Source of the DNA: Dipteris shenzhenensis | Taxonomy: Eukaryota | Direction: 5' to 3' (one strand) | Length of the DNA stretch: 64,000 nucleotides | Assembly (NCBI GenBank): GCA_047967505.1 | Contig: CM106538.1 | Shown here: positions 13,362 through 25,444 of the stretch, one piece after another | Layout: every line of letters begins with the position of its first letter | Numbering within the stretch: the stretch's first letter is position 1 | The notes under the pieces: generated by a model | What the model was told of the DNA's origin: nothing | The model's database searches: none | Seen by the model: the letters and a program-made list of their open reading frames with translations, nothing else | Program-made: the position numbers and the translations under genes

Positions 13362-13406
<45 letters not shown>

Positions 13407-13451
13407 CTTGTGCCATCGGGCCTCGTTGTTTTTTCCCAGTTTCTTATCTGC

Positions 13452-13507
13452 CGTTTTCTTGATACTTGTGGCAAGAATACGTTTTCTTGATACTTGTGGC
13501 AAGAATA
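13452..13507. repeat. 28-bp perfect tandem duplication in intron
   Basis: CGTTTTCTTGATACTTGTGGCAAGAATA twice. Confidence 0.85.
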
Positions 13508-13598
13508 TAGCAATGCCATAAAATATTTCAAATTATCGATATATAGTGTTGTGAGTTGCAAGTTATAAGTGTTTTATTTATTTTTGATTGATTTGCAG

Positions 13599-13802
13599 GA
13601 TGGCCCAAGTTTCAAAGGGAAGCCACAAATTAGATTGTTGTTGACTTTTGTGAAGAATGCAATAACAGAACCATGGCAGCGACTGCCTTCTGTAGTAGCT
13701 CTGTTTGCTGCTGAGGCCTCATGTGTTCTGATGAATCCTTCTGGCATCCATTATCCTGTGGTCAATAAATTCTTGTTTCGTGCTCCCAGCATGGATCTTG
13801 AG
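13599..13802 (+). CDS. URB1: Internal exon of nucleolar pre-ribosomal-associated protein 1 (URB1/NPA1), C-terminal region
   Basis: TTTGCAG acceptor and GT donor, phase 0, 204 nt: DGPSFKGKPQIRLLLTFVKNAITEPWQRLPSVVALFAAEASCVLMNPSGIHYPVVNKFLFRAPSMDLE. Matches my recollection of plant URB1 (IRLLLTY..N...PWQR.PS..ALFAAEAS). Confidence 0.85.
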
Positions 13803-16476
13803 GTTTGCTTCTTTTGCTCCTTTCTTTCTCCATCTAAAATTTATAGTGCCGTCTGGTGTTATTCTCTGGATCAAAATCTGGCGTCTTACTGGTAACGTAA
13901 GGTTCTGAAGAATGAGATGTTTCTCCTTTTGGAGGCCATACAAAGGAAGACTAAAATGAAGGGGGATGAAGCAATGGATGATAAGACAGGTAAAGGAATA
14001 GGATTCAAATCTAAAGGAATAGAATTAAGAAAAGGAGGCAATAGAACCATGCTGGATAGAGTGCAAGCTTCTTTTATGTGCAACAAAGAGAAAAGTTAAT
14101 CATACTTGAAACGTCAATTTATCGAGGAGTTGGATTTGAAGAGAAACAAGTACATGAATGCTTTCAAGAAACACTTGCCTACTTAAAAATAAGTTTCATA
14201 GGGGTTGTTTGTAATACTTCCGAGCTCTTGACTTTTTGGTGGTGTTCACATTTTGTGGAGGGACTGTGAGGGACCTTGCATTTTTGAGCGTTTTACTTTT
14301 TGACCTTGTTCAATTTAATTATCCAAATTGAATGTGGAATTATGCCTCTACAGGACATGGGTCTATGGATCGCCCAACCACTGAAGACCTTGCTCAATAT
14401 TGGTTCTCTATGGTACTTTGTACTTGTCTTTGCCTTCTTAGAGGTACATGTGTAAGAGAATAGGGAAGCACACATCTTACTACCCACGTAGTGGAATTTT
14501 AGGATTCCCCCTCTCACACATCTTTAGATATTACACAAACACTCAAGAGCTGGAAGAAACACAGCAACATAGGAGAAAATTATAATTACCATGCACAACT
14601 ACATAGACTATTCTAGTACAAGAACTGTCACAAACTTAGGCAGCCAACTATGCTGCATCACCTACAACCAACTACTGATGAAGCTGAGCACCGACTGTCT
14701 GTCCAAAAGGGCTCCTATAGCTGCTGTTGACTCTGGGCCAGGAAACCTAATAGTGATCCAAATCGGTACCTGAACAGAGATTAATGCCATCCCCGATGCA
14801 AAGTGCTCCTATCTCAACCTCCTGCATGTTTCATAGAGTGCAGATCTGCCTCTCACGTGGGATGTCCTAAGCTTGTCCTGTCTCAAAATTGGCGAGAGGA
14901 TACTTGGAACTGCCCAATGGAGATCCTCAAGGCATGTGGGAGATGGATTTGAGTACTGCTAGGGGTGTAGAAGCTGAGTTTTACTGGAAGCTCATGGGGT
15001 GCTATCCAGGTCCTGTATGTGTCGAGTTGTTGGAGGTCCTCTCTGATTACCTAGTTCACCTCATCATAGGTGAGTGGAATGCATGGGGTTCAAGGCTACT
15101 GAAACAGTGGCAATCTATCCATATGGAAGTCCAGGGCCTGCAAATTGGTTGCGTGTTTGAGTGTACCAACTCCTTTAATCCTGCTTTGCCTCTAGTGCCA
15201 TAGATGAGGTTAGGTCCAGCCAAAGTAGCCTGCATCGTTCTGATGTAGTGGTGCCGACGTTCTTGACTCTATGAAGGTATGTGACCACGTGGAAGGATGC
15301 ATCACACTATACGAGGTAGCCGCAACTTTGCTAATAGGATATGGTATGGGACCGATGGCTTGCTACAGATCATCCGTGCAAGAAGTAGAACTTGCAATCT
15401 CTTGACACGGGAGGAGTATGTCTTAGATAGATTTGCCCCCCAAATGAGACTGCCATACATCCTAGTTGGACGAACAAGAGAGTTGAATATAAGAGACTTG
15501 GTCTTGGGGTCCTAAAATTGGGATTGAAAGCATTGACGCACGAGTTTGGCAAGTGCGGCATATCCTCTACTCAATCGAGCCTACATAGCTGGTCTCATGA
15601 TGAAGCGCGGGCGTGAAAAGGGGCTCCCAATTACACATAAGACACAACAATATCAACTGAAGCCCCGTCGAAGGTGAACTGCTCTCAATCTGTGGCTGCA
15701 TGAGATGTGTTGAAGATCATGATCTTGGTTCTACCAAGCTTGATCTTCACATCATGCGTCTCATAGAAAGTGTGAAGTACGTCCTGGTGTTGCTAGAGAC
15801 CCTCAGTTGAGGAGGAGAATAAAACCATACCATCTGCATACAATAGAATTGGGATCAGAGATCTCGCTTAGGGTGAGTTTGTTTTGCCTAGTGATAAAAG
15901 GACAACCTTGTTTGATCCTAATGCTCATTATCAGGTTTGTCACTTGATCTTCGTCTTGACTCTACCTGGTATCCGCTTGTAGAGTGTCTGAATTCCCCAA
16001 ATGATGTCCCAAATGAATCCTAAGTCATGTAGTCGCTTGAGTAGTTGGGCCCGTGGCACTGCATCAAAAGCCTTGCGAAAACCCACAAAGGAACCATAGA
16101 TCGTATGCTTATGTCCCTTGGCCTCTTGAATGATACCTTTGAGTGAAAATGTGGTCCATTGTCGTGTGGTGTGCTTGGAGGCTTTCCCGTTCAACAACTT
16201 TGAATCCCCTCGGCTTCGCAAACTGCCTAACCTGGAATTAGCTGCCTTATGAATCGGGACGACTGTGTAAAGGATACCGGTGCAAAAACTGCTTCGTTAA
16301 ATAGCTTTTCTAAGATCGGGGCTAGGGTGCTAAGTCCATATACAACATACTCAGTGCATAGACCCTCATGATCTTTGGCTCGGCCATTGTGTAGCTCGAG
16401 GGTTGCATGTTTGATATCACCGGGTGAACAAGTGGCCGGGCAATTACCTATGAAAGGTCTAGTGTTGGATGGGGAG

Positions 16477-19400
16477 TGTAAAGCACTCTCTCTACTTGCC
16501 CTCTACTTCGATCACGGGAGTAGCACCATTAATCACCTCCCAGCCATATCTCACTAAGGCTAACGAGCAGACAGAGATCTTCGTTGGTCAAAATCAACGT
16601 GAATAATTCCCTTCTCTTCTCTCTCTAGCCTCAGCAAGCCCCAATTCCCTAGATAGATCTAGATGCCACATGTCATCCATATAGGGCCTTGCTAATGTAA
16701 CATTCCACCCCTCTCTTGGGATGCATTAATTCCTTTGCCCCTATGCACAATCATTGCATTAGGCCCTTGGCCTTAGATCTACCTAGTCTGGTGCTATCAG
16801 CCCTCACCTAGGACCTTGACATTAAATCCCTCCCGATCATTTATATGAAGCGCAAACACATATATTACAAAGATATACCCTTTAAGGGAAATGTCGACTG
16901 ATTCTTCCGAGGTCATGCTACCTCGGCTAGAGTGTAACAATCCTTCCCTCTTCAAACATCAGCGTCCTCGATGATAAAGTCTGGGAACACTCTCCGCAAC
17001 TGATATACGGATTCCCAGGCAGCTTCGGATAGAGGCTGACCATGCCATGCAACCAACACCGTGGGTATCTTCCGATTTCGTATTTGCATTGTTCCTCGGT
17101 CCAGGATTCTTGTTGGTTTGCGCCTCGCATTATCCTCTATCTCCTGAAACAAAACCACACCTTCGATTAGTGAGTCACCTGTATGTAAAAATTTCTTTAA
17201 GCGCGAAACATGAAAAACCGGGTGCACCTTACACCCCTGTGGCAATTCTAATTTATAGGCTACCTTGCCTATTCTCTTTAGAATTAACCATGGCCCACAG
17301 TATCGAGGTGATAACTTAGCACACTCTTCTGAAGTCAACGACTTCGAGTGCGAAGGAACTGTGAGAAAAACTTTTTCTCCTTCCTTAAATACTCTTATAG
17401 ACCGGTTTTCATCCGCATACACCTTGGCTCTATCCATAGCCTGGCGGATATTAGCTCTCGCAAGTGCTAGCATCTCCCGCATTTGAACTACAAAGTTCGC
17501 GGCACTAGGGACTCTCTGAGGTACTCCAACTATAGTTGGATTTGCTGGTCTATAACCATAGCTCAGCTCAAACGGACTGAACCCTGTAGAGGAATGTTTT
17601 CTATCATTGTAGGCAAACTCTAACAATGGCAACCACTTGTCCCATGTATGTTGCCTTAATGACACATATGCCCTCAGCATATCCTCTAAAGTCTGGTTGA
17701 CTCTCTCCGTCCGACCATCCGTCTCAGGATGATCCCCACTACTCATTCCCAACTCAGTCCCTCAGTGTCTCAAATACCGCTATCTAAAAATGACCGGTAA
17801 ATCTGACATCTCTGTCTGACACTATGGATCTAGGCAATCGATGTAGACGAAATATAGGTCTAATAAACAAATCCGCTACTTGCGGGGCACTAACAGACTC
17901 TCTAGTCGGAATGAAGTGAGCCATCTTGGTTAGACGATCAACGACCACAAGGATAGAATCATACCCTCCTTGTGTTGTAGGCAGCCCTACAATAAAGTTG
18001 ATGGAAATGCTCTCCCACTTACTTAGTGGTATTTCCAAGGGCTGTAAAAGTCCGAGTGGCTTCACTCGTTCGGCCTTGCTTACTTGACACGAAAAACACC
18101 GTGTCACATATTCATGAATATGCTTTTTCATCTTTGGCCAAAAGAAATCTTGCTTCACGAGATCATATGTCTTCTCGACTCCTGGATGTCCCGCACATGG
18201 GCTATCATGGCACTGTCGAATGACTCTCTGCCTGAGATCATCCTGACTAGGTACTACTACCTTGCCATTTCTTTTCAGCATACCATCCCTTATGGTATAT
18301 CTTGCATATGTTTGGCCTTTTCTGGATGCCAGGTCATCCTTTTCATTTTTCCCGGGTTTTAACACATGAGCCTTAGGCCATAAGCTCTGGACAAACTCGT
18401 CCACCTTTTGAGTTTCTCTAATCTCGGTCATTAGAGCACTCTCTAATACCGTGAAACTCAGGTTGTGCATAATGAGACAACGCATCAGCAACCTTATTGT
18501 CTTTTCCGCTTCAGTACCGAATCGTTAGATTAAACTCCTGCATGAGCTCTGCCCACCTAGCTTGGCGGCCCCTCAAGTCAGGCTGTTTACAAAAATGTTT
18601 CAGAGTATCATGATCCACATCCACATAAAACTCTGAACCATACAAATAATGCCTCCATGTTTTCAGAGCATGGATAGCAGCATACAACTCCAATTCATGA
18701 GTTGGCCAATTCCTTTGAGAGGGAGAAAGCTTCTTGCTTTCAAAGGCTACTGGCCTTCCCTCTTGAAGGAGGACTGCTCCTACCGCAATGCCACTTGCAT
18801 CGGTTTCTAGGAACAACGGTTTCTGGGGATCAACTATTTTTAACACCGGTCCTGTGACCACAGCTTGTTTTATGGCGTTAAAACTTTCTTGTTGATTCTG
18901 TCCCCATATAAAAGGTACTTTATCTGAGGTCAGATCAGTCAATGGCGATACTATTCCGGAATATCCTTTGATATGCCTTCTATAAAACTGTACAAATCCC
19001 AAGAATGATCGCAACGTGGTCAGACTCTGAGGGATTGGCCAAGTTAGTATCGCAGCCACTTTCTTCGGATCCATTTCTACCCCCTGTGGAGTAATTATGA
19101 ACCCTAAGTATTCAAGCCTAACCATACACAGTATAGTTTTCTTTTTATTTACATAAAGACTGGCTTTCCTCAAAGTATTGAACACTACTCTTAAGTGTTC
19201 ACGATGTTCAGTAATACTTTTACTGAATATCAGGATATCGTCAATAAAATGTACTACGAACTTTCCGATATACGGACGTAGTAAATCGTTCATAAGCATG
19301 ACGAAGGTCGCTGGAGCATTGGTAAGTCCGAAGGGCATTACCAAAAGCTCATAATGACCAAACTTGCTTCTGAAAGCGGTTTTATACACATCCTCGGCTC

Positions 19401-22400
19401 TAATCCAGATTTGATGGGAGCCACATTTAAGATCAATCTTACTGAAAATCACGGCCCCATGTAATGCATCTAGCAAATCATCAATCCGAGCCATCGGATA
19501 CCTGTGCTTAATAGTGATATTATTCAATGCTCTGTAATCTATACAGAGGCGAAACGTATCATCATTTTTCTTCTTTAATATCACTGGTGAAGCAAAAGGT
19601 GAGAAACTTGGTTGAATCTGCCCCAACTTGAGGTATTCTTCCAGTTGTCTACGCACCTCCGCCTCTTCGGTAAAACTCATTCTATAGGGAGGTCTATTTA
19701 CAGGTTTTCTGCCCCCGGGATCAGTTCAATCTTATGTTGAACTTTCCGCTCTGGAGGTAACCCATAAGGTAGTTCATCCCTAAAACATTCAGAGAACTCC
19801 TCTGTTATAAGATTAGCCAGCTTGGCCATCTCACCACGTTGCGCAACATCAGTGCTAACCGAGGAATCATCAACCGGCTCTACCGATGCTGTGCATAGGA
19901 ATAAAAACTCTACTTGAGCTTTTCGGATTTCCATCACGGAAACCAACGGTCCCTGAGGTATATCTTTCTCACCTCGCAAGACATAAAGCACATCATTCAT
20001 CTTGAATTGATATACGTGCTTTTTCCAATCAATGGCTGGATTCTTCCTAGAATGCCATGCCATACCCAGGGCTATATCTGCATGAGCAAGCTTGGTCATT
20101 TCAAAATCAAGCTTCTCAGCATAGTCCTGAATCCGAAGTTCCAACTGGGTAACCCTTTGGTCCCATACTTCAGTTGAACTTCCATCTGCCATCTTGACTG
20201 TATACGCATAGTCAGATGGACTTGTCTTTAATTTCAGCCTCTTCACGAGCTTGGAGTTAATCACATTGTGAGTTGACGCCGAGTCAAACAACACAATGAC
20301 ATCATGATTGGCCACTTGCCCTTTCATTTTAATTAACTCCGTATCATTAAAGGCTGTATACCGTGTTGCTGCGGGCTTAGATAGGATGTTATCAGGTGCA
20401 CTCGTCACTAACTTACCAACAGACACACATAACAAACAAGGTACTAACCTCTGAGAAGATCCCGCTAGCTGAATCTGCATCTCTTCCGCTCTGGGACTTC
20501 CCTGCATCTCCACGTCGCACTCTGAGATCACCATCTCAGCCATCCGACGATCTTTGTTACGTGGACAATCCTTCCACTGGTGAGGTTGAAGGCAACCAAA
20601 ACATAAGCCTTCTCTCCTCGCTTTTTCCCTTTGTTCTGGGTTCAAGGGAGACTTAGACCAAGCCCGGGCTGCCATTGGGGTTACTTTCCTCTTCACTCCA
20701 ATGGTGGTACTTGGTTTAGGAGTTTCAGCCGGTCTCGCCTGCTTGGTTTGACCACTCGGCTGCGAACCACTCCCTCTACTGGCCCACTTCTTCTTAAACC
20801 CAGATTTTTTTGGTTACCCATACTGGGTTCCGACGTGTGCAAACCCACTTGGCTTGCTGCCCTTGGCATCCTCGTAGTTCAGGGCTATAGCTATTGCATC
20901 ATCTAACGTGTTCGCGTACTTAGCCCGAACTTCCATTTTTATTCGATCATTCAATCCAAATATGAAATCTTTCACTTGGATTGATTGAGGCAGGGGTTCG
21001 TCAACCTTCATTACACTCTCTCGAAACTTATCAGTGTATTCTGCCACTGATAAATTTCTCTGACGAAGGTTCCTATATTGATCCCAAGCTCGGGATGCTT
21101 CGTCAGGAGGTAAGAAGTGTTTCCTGAACTCTCTTTTAAACCCCTCCCAGGTAGTGGATGCTATACCATCTTTTTGTTGTTTAATCCACCACCGATCCGC
21201 TGCCTCACTAAACATGTGGGTGGCCTCGCGGATCTTGTTGATGTCATTTCTGATTTCACAAATGGCGAACGCCTCGTCCCATTTGTGTAACCAGTTCTCA
21301 ATGACATCGGAGCTACGGTCGTTCATCCGACCAGAATACTTTTCCGGTCTGTAATTGGCAATATTTTGCACTTTAACCTTCCTAGGCTCGACCATATGGA
21401 CACTAGACTCTAGTTCCATTGGAGCCTTTCCCTTCTCTTCTCGAGAAGGTCTGGCAGACATACTTTGTATCGCTCTCCTAAGTTCGGACTGCCCTGCATT
21501 GGCCTGTAATTGCTGCGCTAACAACTGTTGCAAGGCATCCTCCAGCAATGCAATCCTGCCAGCTAAAGTATGAGCTACAGGACGTGATCCCTGCTGGGTC
21601 GGCCGGACTCCTGATTCACCAGGGTCCCTCCTGGAAGCCCCTTCTTCTGCTTCCATTCCGTTCAATGGGTGTTTTGTTTTGTTTGTTTGTTTGTTTTTTA
21701 AACACCACTGGAAAACTATATTTACAAGCTGACATAGTTCAGTGTACTAACAGTAGTGTACTAACAGTCTGACACAATTCCCTATACTAGGGAATCCCTG
21801 CAATCCCACATTCACACCGATCAGGCATTTAACACAGGCATATATCTCATATGGCGCTTTTCCCTATACTAGGGAATTTCCTGCAAATTGACTCCGACTG
21901 AAGCACACAGCCATATGCACAGACATAATCTGTCCCTGCTATAACATTGAATCCTCATGCATGCTGATCATTCACATTATCTTGTCTATGGAAGTAGTGC
22001 ATCACCCTACTAAATCGAGAAGGGAAAAAAACAACACGAAAATAATGGAGTTTGAAGAGAGCTCCCTGGTCGTTAACGAACAGCTACACTCCCCTTTTGT
22101 TCCATGCAATTCTAGTCAACAACCTGTCGTACTCTTGCAATCAGTCTTCAGTTACAGTTGATGTACAGGCTGCGGGCCACCAGCCTGTTCTGCCACGCCG
22201 TTCGACCAATTTGTCTGTTGAATTAGTTGGATCAATTGGTCCCCCGCTCACAAACTGCTGCACTCCGTTCCACTCCTTCCCTTGGGCTTTCTATTGATCT
22301 ACTCACCCACAGAATCCCGACGTCGAAAGACCATCGAGGAACCTTCCGCTCCAACAACCGCTTCAACGCCTGCGCACGTCACCGCTCCTACGTTCGACTA

Positions 22401-23282
22401 CCCGTTTGCGTAGGCTACCGTTGAACGACTAGCGCACTTCTGTCTGATTTCGTTGTAGCTGCGGGAGCGCCACCAATCCTTCGTTCCCTAATTCGTGGAC
22501 GTCGCTGATTACCAGCCGTTCCATCCAGGCTCCAGACCCGCTGTCCGCCACAATTCAGAAGCTCCAGACCAAGCTTCAGCCACAATTCAAAAGCCTCCGT
22601 CAGCAAGCCTCCGTTCGTCACGTCGCAGCATCACCCGGTCAGTCCGTCGATTGGCGCTCAGATCGTTCGACGATCCAGCTCTCTATCGTTCACGTGAAGG
22701 TCTTCTTATTCCCTATCTAACTTGCGTAGACCATCGTTGGACGACTAGCCACCAAGTCCATGAACACGACCTTTCTTCGTCACGTATCCCTTGATCTCTC
22801 CACAGGCTCTGATACCAAATGTAAAGCACTCTCTCTACTTGCCCTCTACTTTGATCACGGGAGTAGCACCATTAATCACCTCCCAGCCATATCTCACCAA
22901 GGCTAACGAGCAGACAGAGATCTTCGTTGGTCAAAATCAACGTGAATAATTCCCTTCTCTTCTCTCTCTAGCCTCAGCAAGCCCCAATTCCCTAGATAGA
23001 TCTAGATGCCACATGTCATCCATATAGGGCCTTGCTAATGTAACATTCCACCCCTCTCTTGGGATGCATTAATTCCTTTGCCCCTATGCACAATCATTGC
23101 ACTAGGCCCTTGGCCTTAGATCTACCTAGTCTGGTGCTATCAGCCCTCACCTAGGACCTTGACATTAAATCCCTCCCGATCATTTACATGAAGCGCAAAC
23201 ACATATATTACAAAGATAGATCCTTTAAGGGAAATGTCGACTGATTCTTCCGAGGTCATGCTACCTCGGCTAGAGTGTAACA
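16477..23282 (-). mobile_element. Gypsy-A: full-length chromovirus (Ty3/Gypsy) LTR retrotransposon, frameshifted
   Basis: 463-bp LTRs 16477-16939 and 22820-23282 (about 6 differences), PBS 22806-22817, PPT from 16941, TSD GGGAG. Confidence 0.97.
16952..21665 (-). pseudogene. Gypsy-A gag-PR-RT-RH-INT-chromodomain polyprotein, broken into 5 ORFs
   Basis: gag 20814-21665; CFGCLQPHQWKDC and protease LFDSAS 19698-20696; RT FIDD and RNase H TDAS 18511-19680; integrase HHCC and core 17784-18491; GPY/F-like PRYCGPW and chromodomain LVAWHG..EAAWE 16952-17752. Confidence 0.95.
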
Positions 23283-23530
23283 GGGAGAGATGTCATAGAG
23301 GGTGCATGCATATGTGCCTAGTGTGCTAGATGTTCGGATCCCTGAGGAGGGATGGGGACCTCTGCTCGAGAAACGTCTATGAGAAATCCTTGGGGTTATT
23401 GCTAAAGAGAATGTTTAGTAATTCCTCCTAATGCTTGCACCTGTGCGCTGGCCTATGGGTTGAGGGGAGGGCTAAGCGACTGGGGAGCTGAGTGATGGGA
23501 TGAGTAGAGGCTAGTGGTAAAACTTCCATA

Positions 23531-24725
23531 GAAGGAAAGAAAGAAAGATGTATTAATGTCTGCAGGAGGCCTCGCGTGCCTATGAGACAAAAGTGCAAAA
23601 CCAAAAGTAACTCATACAAGCCGCTATGGGCTGAAGCAAAGGGATCACTAAGGCCCTGGCTGAAAGCTAAAGTGCTAAACTAGTGAGCAAGTGCTCAGAG
23701 CTAATGCTCCTAGTACACACCTACGCTCCATATATCCAAGTACCCTGGTGGCTCTCTGATGGGATGTGAGGAGCTCTCGTATATCTGTCTGTCGAGCTAT
23801 GTCTTGAAGTGGCGGAGGGCATGGTCTCTGTATTCGATGGGCTACAATCAAGGGTGATGCCTTGGTCTTTGGCGGTCTCCTCTGAGGAGGACTGAAATAG
23901 ACCGGACCTCAATCGTGCGTGCTTTGGTCACTCCCCGTGCTGCATGTGGTCTGTGTGCCTCTCGTTTGGCAACATCGTGGGGGTGGCTCTCACTGCTAAT
24001 CCAGATGCTCTCATCTCATCAAGCTCCTCTCCCTCAGCCTCTCCCGTAGCTGACTCAGCTGCAGAGAAGTCTGTAACATGTGTCCGTGCTCGATCGATCT
24101 CGGTGACATGTGGCATCGCCTCTTGCTGCTCTCTGGTTTGTCGCATTAGTATGTCTCTCAGATGCGACAATTAGATAGAGCCCAACTCAAACCTGGTCAG
24201 GAAAATGGATCAGCCGTGTAAGCGGACCAAAGCCATGCCCCTCCTGAAAGAGGCAGTGATATCACCCTCGGATCTCATAATAGGTTGGGCAGACACATAG
24301 AAAGTGCTCCTCTTTCTCGACCTCCCCCATCGGGCATAGTCTGCAGATCCTCTGCTCGCTGGGTATGCCTGTAGCTCTTCTTGCCTCAACTCAGCTGATG
24401 TGAATACTCTGAGACCCTCAAAAAGTGGTCATGGTAGAAGTGGATCTTGGTGGGGAATTCCTCTCCCTCCCAAGCCCTAGATGTATGAAGCTAGAGGAGG
24501 TCCAAGCGTATGATACGGTTGATCTCATCCCGTGGGATCATCTTAGATGGTGCATCCATGCTGTACTGAAAGGGGGGAAGTCGGTTCATTTGAATGCCGT
24601 GACTACCAAACCATGTGGATACCCATGCGTACCATGCTGTATCAACACCGCTCTCTGCCAATCGCATGGAGGACTCCAATACTAGCCTCGGTAATCTCCA
24701 CTGGGGTAGGGCCCATACTTTGTGT
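23531..24725 (-). mobile_element. LINE-d: 5'-truncated RTEX-like LINE 3' end, same family as LINE-b
   Basis: ORF 24491-24679 (HGIQMNRLPPFQYSM...INRIIRLDLL) is homologous to LINE-b. Zn finger ICRLCP..EVEKEEHFLCVCP near 24280-24350. Hairpin 23558-23588 and (CTTT)n tail. Confidence 0.85.
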
Positions 24726-25177
24726 GGACCCTCACATTAGAACTGCAGACATATCCTCTCTTTTCAACGTGGGGAGACAGACCATTAGAGTGACTATAGC
24801 GCTTGTCAAATGACGGGCCACCTCATGAAGGCTCCATAGGAGGAAGGGACATAGACAAACCCAGTGTCAGCATCGATTTAGCACTAATTTTCTTCTTCGA
24901 CGCCAGCCCTCACTAGATCCAGAGCCACTATCAGATGAGGATATGCGGTTTGGAGTCGGGCCTTTGTTTGGAGCACCGTACGGGCAGTTGCTGGCAGGTA
25001 AGTGTTTTTTAAAGGTCAAATTTGGACACCTCTTACAGGTAAGAGGCATTCCAAAACTCCTTACCGTAAGGGGCACGCTTCGGATCCTACTATGGAGGTT
25101 TGTGGACAAGGATGTAATGTGTGCGACACGGAAGCAAAGGTTGTATATGAAACATGATCGAAATTTGTACCTGAGAC

Positions 25178-25444
25178 TATAGTTACTAGGGAACGGGAAC
25201 GTTTCGGGAAGGGGGAATGGGAACCGAAATGCCACGTCATACACGACACATCATCATATGACAAAAAACTATGTTATAAAATGAAAGAAACTAACATTTT
25301 ACAGCTTTAACTTTATATATAAGCTCTAAAATACCCTTTTGGAACTTTCCAAGAGATTTTTTTTTTGGGGACGTTCCGGGGCTACTTCTTGGAACGGCGT
25401 TCCAGACGTTTCGGATGTCGGAACGCCGTTCCCTGGTAACTATG
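25178..25444. mobile_element. hAT-type MITE (267 bp)
   Basis: 19-bp TIRs TATAGTTACTAGGGAACGG / CCGTTCCCTGGTAACTATG (2 mismatches), 8-bp TSD CCTGAGAC/CCTGGGAC, subterminal GGAAC/GTTCC repeats, AT-rich non-coding core. Confidence 0.85.

Larger units (their letters stand above)
3385..13420 (-). mobile_element. LINE-a: 5' half of a decayed RTEX-like LINE (5' UTR (CT)n, ORF1, APE endonuclease), interrupted by Copia-1, a solo LTR and LINE-b
   Basis: Joining 10236-10260, 8955-9042 and 3385-3930 rebuilds LKIAM(C)NCNGTLWYDPGG...MILYTETHESPE...LLGDFNAQT...HDLIIYNG. ORF1 starts at ATG 11054 (MAEGEEQE, coiled coil) and has LKGTRIYFDDDLTLLQQE, homologous to ORF1 at 60886-61764. Outer ends approximate. 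Confidence 0.8.
14590..23420 (-). mobile_element. LINE-c: heavily decayed RTEX-like LINE, interrupted by Gypsy-A
   Basis: Zn-finger remnant IPRERQICTL near 14850; ILLYADG...INLGRTKIMIFN at 15710-15860; FVGFRKAFDAVPR at 15940-16221; YACTLYDISP resumes right of Gypsy-A. Ends approximate. Confidence 0.7.

Noticed and set aside
14340-14375. Possible fourth LINE 3' hairpin (GGACATGGGTCTATGGATC)
   Set aside because: The outer stem does not pair and there is no microsatellite tail; too degenerate to count.
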